From Lingula anatina (lineage: Eukaryota > Animalia > Brachiopoda): a stretch of 64,000 bases of DNA. The number at the start of each line of letters is the position of its first letter. Position 1 is the stretch's first letter. The translations under genes were made by a program, and so were the position numbers. Under the pieces are notes generated by a model, which saw nothing but the letters and a program-made list of their open reading frames with translations, was not told the origin of the DNA and did no database searches. Shown piece by piece: positions 26,901 to 40,500 of the stretch. The DNA lies in assembly GCA_051362555.1 (NCBI GenBank), contig CM120643.1, forward strand, positions 5,580,001 through 5,644,000. The letters run 5' to 3'.

Positions 26901-29900
26901 ATTAAATATTTGCTTCCATTAAACTACATGTACCCTTCCTTCATGTACTATTCTATCAGTATTGGAATCAATAAAAATATAGGTTATTTTCCTTGAACAT
27001 GTATCTATTTTTAATAAAAATGTGATGCACACAATGTTTTGGGCTTTAGTTTCCAAGTTATTTTCAACTATCTTATGTATACAAACAAAAGTCACATACA
27101 GGGGCATGCACATCACTTTACAGTCAGTCTGGAGTTATGTGCTATATTTCTTCATATTTCAACACAATTTCAACCATGTGTAATAATTTATGTACTAGAA
27201 AACATATCAAGCAATATTTGCTTATTTTCTGTGATTACTATTAAATAGGTATGAACTGAATGATGTAACACTTGATTTTTACTGCAGACAAATTTATTTC
27301 CAAAGGGGTTTAAAAATGCATCTGAAGTCAATTTTTCTGTCACTTAAGCTAACCAAATGCCACTATATAGTTTCAAATAGTATAACTTGGAGAAACACCA
27401 AAAGACAGTTTCATTTTACCTGAAAAAATATTTGAACAGATTTTTCTGCTTACAAAAGTTCTATGCTGTGTGTAAATGGGTAAGATAAGTAGGTCAAATT
27501 ATTTACGATGAAAATGTGAAGAGAAGGTCTATTTGAAGCCATTTTATGGCTGATCCAGTGATTAATTCAGTTAATCCCTTGGTAATTGTATTTGAATGGT
27601 ATGTGCTACTGGGAATCCACGCCCCATCCATGCTCAGTTCAAATGTAAGAAATGGTACCAAGTTTCTTGATACCCCTCTTACAGTTAGATCTTATTGATA
27701 CATTGATAAAAGTTTGCAGCAGCAAAATTGCATTTTATGATTTCTAGAAGTAAACTGTACATTGAATACTGGGAATCTGTGCTTGTACACCTTTCGTGAT
27801 CTTATATGCAAATGTGGGTGGTAGAATGTTTATTGAAAGCTGCAACAAAATTACATAATTTTAAGCACACTTCAAACCCAAAGGGCATAAAATGTAATGA
27901 AGCAGCAGAATAATATCAATGTTTTCATGTCAGTGTACATGGAGCACTGAAATATTTCTCAAAACCACTAAATTAATACTGCAAACAAATTGCACAACTG
28001 TTAATCTTGAAGAAACTCAGATTTATATGTTAACTATAGACATTATACATGCAGTGCACATCTGGCTACATGCATCATAAATTTCCCATGTGAAAGACAT
28101 GTCTTTTTTCAAATTAACATGAAAGAGAATGTAACACTGGCTTGGCACCTGTAACTTCTAAATTGGCTATCAGTCATTTACATGCAGATGAATAACTTTC
28201 ATAGGAAGCTTTTTAATTATACCAAATGGACCACATATTTGAAAATGAACACCTTGTCAATTTTGGTCTGCTACAGGTATGAAAAGTGAAAAAGTATTTT
28301 ATAACCAAATTGCGTTTTTTTTTAAACCTGCAATTTTTCAAGAGGTTCAAAGCAGAATATATATTATGTGCATCTTCATCTTCTCTTAAACTTATTAATA
28401 TACATAAAGCTACACCACATGCACAAAAACACTCTGGCTCATTTATAAAATGAAAAGAGCATCTTGGTGTATAGGATTATTTGTCCAATTAAAAAAAATA
28501 TTTTCTTCTTATTAAACAGTTTCATTAGCTATATGTTTGAAATGACCAATAAAGTTTCTTTTGTCGATAGTTTTAGAAAATTCACTAATATTTGGAGTGG
28601 GCATTTAAGGAAGGTGACAAGAAAGGCAAAACAAAACAACAAGAATGTTACACTCAACCAGACTGAGTTACCCCACCTCTATCTTCCACTCCTTTGGGGG
28701 GGGGGGGGGACTGACTAGATACCACACTTAACGGGTGACAGGGTATAATACCTATCACAGCCCTCATTTTCCTGATAAAGTCTGACTGTCAACAGGCAAA
28801 ATATTGGCTTGTAAACATCAATGAATTTTACATAGCTATTGACATAAGAAACTCTACTGATTATTTTGTTCTTATCCTAATCCTTGTTTCAAATTTTCTT
28901 AAATGAGTATATAATGTAGCAAAAAGCCAGCATTTAGACTTCTGTTACTACTGTCCACCCTGTATGGTGCTCATACAATTATGCAGAAGAGGGAATTGCA
29001 TAATTTCATGTTAGGTACACTGCACGTGGTTAAACAATCAACCACAACTGATGGCACAATATACTGACAAAGCAAATGCTCAAGTTACAAGCCAACATTG
29101 ACTGAAATTCATATTTGAAATTTTTCTAAAGAAGCATCTAACATATTTTAATTCAGCAATATCTCATCAGGTGCCTCATGCTTGAGGACTTCCAAGTTCT
29201 TGTATTACTGTGATTAAAGTACAGTGTAGGTGGCTAAATGTGACTAGATGTGCAAAATATTATATTGTGAATTGGATTCACACACAAGTTAAAGCAGTTC
29301 CTCACTCCAGATATAGTGCTGCAGCATTCTGGACAGAATGGCATAGATACATTTATTTCTTCGATATCAATTTGCTGCAATTTACCTTCGGAATGTCAAA
29401 ACTCAAAAGTATCAAGTTAAAACTAAATAAAAATTATGACAAAACAATATATTTTTTTGGCTTAATGCATCAAGCCTGATCTTTCAGTTCTGGAGCAATT
29501 TAATCTACAACATCTTCATCAGGTGTGGGCTGGACAGCCTGGGTGGTCCGGGCAGTTTGGTTCTGACTCTCCTGGAGTAGCATTTCCAGCTGACCCGCGG
29601 GCACGGCAAAAAGTTCCACTGGGTCCTCATCCTCATATGGTCTCCTCATTTGTCTATCAGCCTGAAAAACATGACAAATGAGGAGTGAGAGAGAAAGAGG
29701 ACCAAGTGGAACAAAGATGTGCCAAACATGCCAGAACCAAATGATTTGTAGAAATACTCTATACGAACAACACACATATCACAAGAACATGGATATGCCA
29801 AGCTTAGGCTTAAATTAGAAACTCAATTTTGTAAACAATCTTATTGTGTAAAGAATAGGAAACAGAACTGAAATGGAAACCTAACTATTAGTAAATAACT

Positions 29901-32900
29901 TAAATGGGAAACACACTTGAGCACAAATGCAAAACACAATGAAACAATATGCAAAGCAACATTCTGTTACTCACGCTATAATGGGAATTATGCACTAAAC
30001 AGGAAATGAGGTAAAAAATGACAGATCTGTATGCATTTTGAGAACTACTGGCAATTAATTAATTGGTGCACTTTCAGGTTTTAACTGGTGGTTGAGGGAT
30101 GCACACTGGAGTGCCCCATCCCAGGCATCCTTGTTGTCTATCAGCTAGTTCTCTCTCTCTCTCTCTACAAGAATGCACACATGTGCACACACACACACAC
30201 ACACACACGCACACATACACACACACACATATACACACACACATACACATACACATACACACACTCAAATACACACATACACAAACTGCAAGCATGCACA
30301 CAGACACACAATCAAATATACACTTGCACAAAGACCCATCCACTCATCTATCATTCCAGGTTTCCCTACCTCCAAAGCTTGCCTATCAAGTTCTTGTTGT
30401 TGAGCCATCATCTGCAGCTCCTCATCTGTTGGTACATAGTTGTCTGGTTCCCTGTAGTCAGCAGGTCGGTCAGCGGCACACATGGCACAGCCAGGCCGCA
30501 GTGGTAAGTTGACATAGGTGCACTGTGGACAGGACCAACCCTACACAGTGCATAAAAAGTTTTATTTAACATAAATAAAGTTTCATCTCATTATTATCAT
30601 ACTGAAAAATCTACATGAAAGGTAATTATGGTAATTGTACCACAAGTACTTTTAATTCATTTCTACTTCAGACAGTGCTCCCATACTGTTCTTAAATAGC
30701 AATATAACAGTATCTTCATGTTACACTTAGTTATATTCTACTTTGTAACTTTAATAAGTATAGGACTTCAAACCTCCGCGGTATCCACTGGTTGTTGTTG
30801 TTGCTGTGGCAACTGTTGCTGTCTCTGTTGTTGCTGTGGCAACTGTTGCTGTCTCTGTTGTTGCTGTGGCAACTGTTGCAGTCTCTGTTGCTGTTGTTGC
30901 TGTGGTGGTCTCAAAGTTTCTTCTGAACCTGAAGGTCTCCTTGGTTCAGGAACATTTTGATGACCTGAGACAAAGATGAATCATGTCATAACTAGCAAGT
31001 ATTATTTAATAATGATAACAATAACCAAATCCTAAGTTAGACCTATTTATGAATTAAAAATAATTTAACAATAACATCTCCAAGAAAAAAAATATATACC
31101 CAAACCGTTTACAAAACTTACAAGATCTTTTTGAAACTAAATTATGCAATTTCCAAGGCATATAGATCTCCAGAATTGGGGTTCCCTTCCCCTGTTATGA
31201 ATACAACAGTTGTGAATTTATATAACAACAATATAACAATAATTCTTTACTGAGCACTAAAATGTGTACAGGTTTAATTTTCCTGGCTCTCTACTCTACC
31301 ATTAGTTTTGTAACATAAATGTACATACAAATTACATATGGCATGATGACTGGCAAAGGATAAAATTACTAGTTATAACTTAGTTATTCAAATGCAGATG
31401 TTATTTGAGTTGTATCATAAACCTAGCTGGTCCAGACACTTTGGTAGTGTACCTGGAGCAGCAGCTCTCTGCTGTGAGGCAGGATGTGGTGGTGTTGTTG
31501 GTGCAGCAACTGCTGAAAATATACATGAAGGTGCACTGTAGAAGATATATCTATTTTATTACACATTTTTCATGGTTCTCTACTCAACGATTTATATTTC
31601 TAATTACTACATACTCATACAAATATCTTTTTTAATGTTGATGCAATCATAGGAAAGCAGCTATATGTAAATATGGTTAAACGCACCTTCAGCAAAACAA
31701 GCTACTTTCTAGTACAATTTGAACAAATCATCAATTGTATCAAATTTATCAATTAAAGAGCAACAATTGGTTCTGATTTTAACAAGCATTTTAGCCTACT
31801 GCAGGTGGATTTGAAATGTAAATCTTCAGAGGAGTTAATCTCAGCAACATTAACATTATCAATTAATTAATTAACAATATCCCTTCTACTCTTCTGAAAG
31901 CAAATAATGTATCATCACATTATCAAACATTTAATCATTACTGCTGTCTCAAAAATTTATCACAAAGAAATGAGCCATCATCAAACATCAAGCAGGTATT
32001 AGATATGAAAACTGTGAGTAAAACGATACCCTTTTCATCAATAAAAATCCTGATAAGTTTACCCCCCACCCCCAAAAAAGCATCCTTACTGGGGAATGTG
32101 CATTTTAAGGATTCTTTGATGAATTGTTAAATGATGCACATTTGGCTTCCAATTTTGTAAATAAATCTGTAGGTTATCATACTTTGAGACAGGATATAGG
32201 CAAAGCAACAGATTAAATTATATTCAGGGATTAAAGATTTTATAAATTTGATAATATATGTAAACACAATTTTGTAATCTAAGACTTTTTTATTTCCCTT
32301 GATTTGCTCTTGTATCAAAAGCCATAAGACATGGAGTGCAGCAGACTTAATCTTGAGTGTTCTTGAACCTCATGTCCAAATTTAATTACTGATAACGCCT
32401 GTAGCTGCCACAAGATAAAGAAAGCAACAAGGAAGAAAAAAGCTCCATGCTAAAGCTATTCTGGGATAAAAATGAACACCAAAACAGTTGATTTCAGTTA
32501 TTTTTACATTATAGTAAGGGGCAGATGGAGGCCGTCTTCTGGGAATTCCAGAAGAGGTTAAGAATTTCTCAAGTTTACATTGATGGGCATCTAATTTTTT
32601 CTGTTGGAAGATGGTCAAAAATGGAGGATGGATCAACAAAGAAAAATTGGAAGACTGTCAGAAAAGATCTCTGGATCTGCCCCTAATAATGGATTTGAAA
32701 ATAATTCTCCTCCCTATTACAGAATGATGACCTACCAGGCTCATCACACACGTCTACTGGTATAAGGTCTACAATCATGAAACAAAACATGGTCAGTACC
32801 AACAAAACATACCAATTTACAGTAAAGACAAAATACAGTTTTCAAGACAAAATAAATAAAACTTCTGTGCCATACCTACAAATACTGTGTTATACAGACC

Positions 32901-35900
32901 TGATTTCAGAAAAGCTGCCTTTAATATAGATGTACTTTAAGCCTCGGACTGTAGCTGAAACACACTACTCCCACTGGCTCTAGCAACAACTCAGTGAGCA
33001 TTTCTATGCCCATGGTACTGACTGCACCAGTCTAAACCTGGGCTGTTTCTTACCTATATATGCCACTCAAATGATGGATATAAAGCACATTTTCAATTTG
33101 GTAAATGTAGGAACACTTATTCTTATATAAATGGAAATACAAGGCTCATAGGTGTGTGATTTGGAAGTTTGAACAAACCACCCTTTTTGTCAAGAAAAGA
33201 TCCCCTCTGGGAAAAATCTGATCTAGGTACAGGAAGATTTCATGCCAAGATACTGATAAGCAGAATAAACAAATCTTTCTTCTGGCTGCCGCATGTCTAA
33301 CAGCAAGTCTCACCTGCCTGTCCCATGTTATGTTCTCTCTCATACACCTGTCTTCCCGGCAGACCTACCTGCCTGTCCCATGTTATGTTCTCTCTCATAC
33401 ACCTGTCTTCCTGGCAGACCTACCTGCCTGTCCCATGTTATGTTCTCTCTCATACACCTGTCTTCCCGGCAGACCTACAGACTTGGCAGACATCAGGTAT
33501 AGGTACACTGGAGAGCCATCATGGATCAGCTGCTTGAATTTATTCAGGTGGTCATCATCTTTGGCACGGCTCTTGCCAATTATCCATCTCTGCACTTCTG
33601 GGGGGAACTGGTGTTCCAGGAACATCTGTAAGAATTGGTTCCAAATTGACTTTTTCATAAGTAACCATTTATCTCTTTAATATCACACTGTCTTCTGTTT
33701 TGTCATTCATGATCAATCTCTAAAATGTGTTCAAATCAATGCTCGCTCATGGAACAACATTTATGTTTTTTTTTTTTTTGTTATTAAACATGTTGTAAGT
33801 AATCTTCAGTTATTTTATTAAAGTAGTATAGTAACCTGTCCTTCAATATTACAAGGAATTCTATGAACTGTAATTTTTTCAAAAGGATTCCCATTCTAAA
33901 ACCATAAAATAATCCTTAAATAATCTTAGTAAGACAAATATTGCATTAGCCATTACTGACAATGCTCATCCAATTTTCCAATTTTAAGCAGTTTTCTCAA
34001 AAGGCATTCAGTAAAAGCGCTCCCTAGCAACCAATGAGACCATGTATGAGATAAAATAGTTCAGTAGTTAACACAACCCACAACAAGTTTCCAAAGTCTC
34101 CAGTCCCCATGTTTCTCCTACTTACATGCCGTTTTAAATCTCTGATGGTCATTGACAGCCTGACCTTCAGCATGATGGAGGTACCTGAATTACTCTTGTC
34201 TTCCACATACACCTTCAGGCTGCAACAATTACAATTTGATTAATAGAACATTTTGATGTAATATTTTAAAATAAAACTTTTATCATAAAACTTGCAATCA
34301 ACTACTAGCAATTACTAACAATGTCAAAAGCTTAATAAAAAATAAAGGTCTAATCATAAAAAGTTTCAATGTTAAATATGCAATGTTATTATCTGTGTCA
34401 TAACAAAAAAGGTACACTTGAAAACATAAATATATCCAAAGAAACAAGTCCAAGCAATACTACTTATACCAAACTCCCTGTTACACAGCAGATTTTGGTG
34501 AAATGCTACACGATATTATCTGGCTAAAGAAAATGAATCATTTTCTGACATTTTTCACCAAATCATTCATTGGTTGGATTCAAAACATTCCAGTTTTTCC
34601 TAAAATTATACAGCCATCTGGTTACAAAAAAATGTTTTATCTCAGAGTAAGCCAGGCAACAGTTAACAAGGCAGCAAATCTGTCAAATGAACAGACAACA
34701 AGAAGGAGGTTTGCCAATTTGAACTGTGGATTCTTAGAATCGTTCTTGTAAGTTACAAAATAATTAAAAATACACATTTCCATTTGTAGTGGCAGTGCAC
34801 AAAATATGTATGTTTTGTCAATTTTGATACAATATTACACAATGCTTAACAGCATAATCATCAAAAATATACAATAATATACCACTGATATTCATAAAAT
34901 GTAATCAGTGAGTCTTCAGATGCATGAAAGTTAAAAGCCACACCTTGAAAATGCCCATACTCAAAAATTAACATTTCACAAAAAACTGTATAACTTCAAG
35001 AAAAAGAGTTCAATCAGACTGGTTTTTGAGCTCAAGCTGTATTTTTGTCATATGCATCTTTTCTGTGAGTTTGAGAATCAGGGGCCCATTTCACGAAGCA
35101 GTCGTTAGATAGAACAACTAACTACTGAACTATCTCCCTAACGAGAAAACTTAAGGGGTGTTTCACAAAGCAGTCGTTAACTCATCGCTAAGTTCAGTTG
35201 TGAAGTTCGGTCGTTAGTTCTCTCGTTACTCACCGTAGTCTCGAAACAGTCTGCCAGCAGTGGAACACTTGCGTAAAAACGTCACGAAAGCACAAACTCT
35301 CCAATTTTTGGAGGCTGGAAATGCATAAGAACGTCTGCTTTGAGGTCGTCGTAAAGGATCTCCACCACCTTTTTGCCGCTCTTTTTGTCACAGCTATGCG
35401 CAACCTCTTGTAAATTGCATAATTGTGTGTATATTCTAATAGATTCTGCCTATCATGAAAATGTAGTCTACGTTGCCGTCTGGCGGTACAGATAGCAAGA
35501 ATGGTAACTGCCATATTGGATACAAAGACAAACGACAGACAATGGTAACTAAGCAACCTTTCTATTTCATTACTTACGCATGCATATGATGAAACTCTGA
35601 CCAGTTGTTAAATATCCAAGGTAACAACGACACAATAACGAGCGAGAGAGCTAGCGATAGCTTCGTGAAACGGCACTCATTACTAGCGAGAGGCTAACTA
35701 CCGATGGCTAACTAACTACTGCTTCTTGAAATGGGCCCCAGAAGTGACAGGACTTTTTCCTAAATGGTCACTATGGTGGAAGTGCCCAAAATAGGGTTTT
35801 CTTCAATTTTGATACAATATTAAATTTTATTTAAGCTTAACAGCATAATCATCACCAACTTTTAAATTTTCAATGCAGGTAACATAGTTATTTAAAAACT

Positions 35901-37514
35901 ATGACTAACAAAGGTCTTAAGGCCCTTGGAACTTCAAAGTCACACCTTGAAAACCTAAATATGTAAACAGGACATAATTGTAATGAAATGAGTTTAATTC
36001 TATTTTCAACACTTTATTACATAACACACAATAACCAATGTTATATCTTTTTTATGTGATCAACTAACAAAATAGTTGAGATGGAAAAATATCTATGGAA
36101 CAATTTGAATTGTCCAGTTTGCTCACTTCAGTGAACATAACGATAGGAGGAGTGAGTCTAACAAACTGCAGTGCACTGAAATGAAATTTTTCCATTTTTG
36201 ACACTTTATTACACAATACACAATAACAGATTTCTCATTATTTTTACATAGTATAGTAACAATTGTTAAGATGTGAAAATGTCAAAAGAACACTTATACA
36301 TATCTCATTAGTTCAAAATTGTGACTGTTAACATGGCTAAGAATTGAATAAGAGGAAAAACCATTTATATACAAAACACACCACAACTTCAACAAAATTA
36401 ACCTATCAAGCTAATTTGGAACTTGGTCAGTATATCAATCTTATGAATCATTCCTGCAAGTTTCAAAGCAAAATATGGCTTTTTTTGGTATAAAGGGGAG
36501 ATTAAATAATTCTGAAAAATGCCAAAAAAAAGCATAACCTATGGAAAAATGGTCCAATCAAGCTGATTTTTGAACTTCACATGCTTTTAAGGAATATTTA
36601 TCAGTTCTGTAAGTTTGAAGACCAAAGGTAAAATGGTTTTCCACTTATCATAATAACAATGAACAAGGCAGCAAAGCTGTCAAATGTACAGACAAAAAAA
36701 CAGAAAATAAAGATGCAAAAAAGGTCATTTTGTCAATTTTGATGCAATAATAAATAATGCTTATAATAGCACTGTCAGTCAACACTGAATTTTAATCTTG
36801 CACAACAGGTAACATGGTCAATAACAGGAGCGGACCCAGAGATATTTTCTGACAGTATTACAAAGTATCTATGTTGATCCATCCTGCATTTTGATGGTCT
36901 TCCAACAGAAAAAAATAGATACCAGTCAATATAAACTTAATAACCTGACTGTCTTCCAGAAGACCCAGAAGATGGTCTCAATCCACCCCTTCAATAAGAT
37001 TACAGTTTCAGGACCATGAGAGTTCAAATTCACATTATGAAAGTCTCAATATTTGAAAAATGATGACAGTGCATAAAATAATATTACATAATGTTTAAAG
37101 ACATAAAAAACAATACAACTGCTTATGTAGAAATACAGAAAATGTGCAGAGCCCCAGGCAGATGAGAGCCTGCCTGGGGCTAAAAGTCACAAATGCAAGT
37201 GTTTGAGAAAAAATTATAAAGAAAAACAACAAAACTAGAAAAGCACTTTGAGAGTGCAGACCTCTGCCAAGGCAGCAATTGTTGATTATAATTGATAATT
37301 GATTGATTATTGATCCGGACCACCACCAAAAATTAATCATTGTCCTCTTTGGCCCACTTCCGACAGTTCCTGAAAATTTCTGCAAAATCAGTCCATAACT
37401 TTTTGTGTTACGTGGATGACAGACAAACAGGGGTGAAAATATAACCTCCTTGGCAGAGCTTGAGGTAAATATAATTCCAATGAAGCTGCTATTCAAACTT
37501 TTAATCTTCCAGTT

Positions 37515-37595
<81 letters not shown>

Positions 37596-40500
37596 AAACT
37601 TATTTGCAATATTAAACAAAATTTACCTGCATAATTATCACTGCTTCCTTATTATTAATCTAGCAAAGAGCTTTACCTTTGGGAGTTTACAGGGAAATAT
37701 CAACAAGTGTGCTTTACGTAATCTCATTTAATGGCCTATTAACGCAAATGACTTTATAACTCTGAAATTAATCTAGTGATACCCAAGGGTAATTTACAGA
37801 CTGACCCACTCAAAGGTCTTCAGGCCCATAAGTCACACCTTAAGAAAAGCACAAAACCATAATGCCCAAAATAGGAGAATACCAATCCTGATGCAATAAT
37901 ACATTATGTTTTACTGCACAGTCAACATCAACTTATGCACAACAGGTAACACAGACGAAAGTAAAAGCATAAGGCTTCAGGCCCATCAGAGTTCAAGTTT
38001 ATACTTAGAAAGTGCCAGATTGAGAAAAATGAAAATTTCACAAAAAATGCATAAATACAATAAACATGATAATCCAATAGAGCTGGTTTTCTCATGAGCT
38101 GAAGGCCAATCCTAAAAATCATACTTGTAAGTTTAAAATTATAATAAGTAGCACAGTTTTCTTTTCATAATGTTTGCAGTAGCAGTGCAAAAAGATTGTC
38201 AATTTTGATGTAACATTACATAATAAATTAGAGAATAATTATCACCAATTTTTGTTTATTGACTATAAATAGGATGGACATGTAGAAAATATGATTACCA
38301 TTTGGCTTCATGTCCATGGGAGCTCCGAGTCCCACAATGAATATGCCAAAAAAGATAATGAATATAACACTAAAATGTATAACTTCCAGAAAAAGAAGCC
38401 AATTAGACTGCTTTTCTAACTCAGGCTGCATTTTAGTCCTGTGTTTCTTTTTTGAAAGTTTGACAGTCATAAGTAACACGGTTTTTCCATAATGGTCATC
38501 AAGGCAGCAGCACCAAAAATTGTGTTTTCTTCTATTTTGATGCAACATTACATAATGCTTAACAGCATAATGACCATCGATTTTTAATAATAAAATATAA
38601 GTGTCATGGATTTTCACAAAATGTGACTAGCACGGGTCTTCAAGCCTGTGGAGGTTCTAAGTTGCACCTTGGAAATGCCAATATGTGAAAAATTAAATTT
38701 TCACAAAAAACTGTTTAATTGCCAAAAAAATTTACCAAACAGACTGCATTGCCTACTGAAGCTGTATTTTAGACCCATGTTTCTTTCCTGTAAGTTTGAG
38801 AACAGTAATTGACATGATTTTTGTTAAATGGTCATCATGGGAGCAGTGCCCAAAATAGGGGTTTCTTCAAATTTTGATGCAACATTACATAATGTTTAAC
38901 AGCATAATGACCATCAATTTTTAATTATAAAATATTAGTATCACGGATATTCAGGAAATGTGACAAGCAAAGGTCTTCAGGATCATGGAACTTCAAAGTC
39001 ACACCTTGAAAATGCCAATAAGTGAAAAATTAAATGTTCACAAAAAACTGTTTAATTGCCAGAAAAATTTACCAAACAGACTGCATTGCCTACTGGAGCT
39101 GTATTTTAGTCCCATGTTTCTTTCCTGTAAGTTTGAGAACAGTAAGTGACATGATTTTCCTTAAATGGTCATCATGGGAGCAGTGCCCAAAATAGGGGTT
39201 TCTTCAAATTTTCATGCAATATTACATAATGTTTTACAGCATAATGACCATCAATTTTTAATTATAAAATATTAGTATCATGGTTATTCAGAAAATGTGA
39301 CTAGCAAAAGCCTTCAGGCCCATGGAACTTCAAAGTCACATATTGAAAATGCCAAAATGTAAACAATACAGCACTGTTCTGAAATGGGTTTATTTCCATT
39401 TTTAACACTTTTTAAACATAAAACAAAATAAACAGTTAACTGCCATTTTTATATGACCAATGAAGAAAATTGATGAGATGGGAAAAGTATCAATAGAACA
39501 GTTTTAAATGCCCAACTTTCTCCATTCTGAGATTCTGAACATAGTGGATGAATGCATCTGACAAACTGCAATGATATGAGTTTATTTCCATTTTTGACAC
39601 TTTATTACACAATACATGATAACAAGTTTACCATCATTTTTACAAAATCAACTAACAATGTTGTAAAGATGCAGGAAATGCCAAACAAACACATTTACGT
39701 ATCTTATTAGTATAATAATTAGACTGTTAACATGCCTAAGAATTGAATGTGAGGAAATGTGAAAAAACAGCATTACCTTTTAAAATAATGGACTGATTAT
39801 GCTGATTTTCAAACTCAACCTGCATTTTAGTAAGATTGGCCCCTCCTGTGAGTATAATGACAATTGGCCAATCTGTTTTTCTTATATTGTGTTATCAGTG
39901 TTGCATATATACTGAAAAAAGTGAAAAAAAAACAGCATAAATTCCCTATAAGTGACCCGATCGTGCTGATTTTCAAACTTGACCTGCGTATTATGAATAT
40001 TTATCAGTTCTGTAAGTTTCAAGCCAAAGGGTAAAACAGCTCTTCATTTATTGTGTTATCAGTGTTGCAAAAATGCTGAAAAAAAGTGAAAAAATAGCCT
40101 AAATTCACTAAAAATGACCCAATCATGCTGATTTTCGAACTTGACCTGCGTATTATGAATATTCATCAGTTCTGTAGGTTTCAAGCCAAAAGGTCAAATG
40201 GTTTTCCATTTATGGTGTTATCGGTGCTGCATATATGCTGAAAAAAGAGAAAAAATAGCCTAAATTCACTAAAAATGACCCAATCACGCTGATTTTCGAA
40301 CTTGACCTGCGTATTATGAATATTCATCAGTTCTGTAAGTTTCAAGCCAAAAGGTAAAATGGTTTTCCACTTATCGTGTTATCGGTGCTGCATATATGCT
40401 GAAAAAAGTGAAAAAACAGCATAAATTCCCTATAAGTGAACCGATCATGCTGATTTTCGAACTCGACCTGCGTATTATGAATATTCATCAGTACTGTAAG

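Noticed and set aside
30134-30146. Second copy of the alternative exon start (GCTGATAGACAA)
   Set aside because: Only a 12 nt match, with no polypyrimidine tract and the wrong phase; probably chance.
30074-30512. His/Thr-rich and Cys/Val-rich ORFs
   Set aside because: Translations of a (CA)n microsatellite and the antisense of the NZF exon.
30718-30960. Cys-rich metallothionein-like ORF on the plus strand
   Set aside because: It is the antisense of the polyglutamine exon of the RBCK1-like gene.
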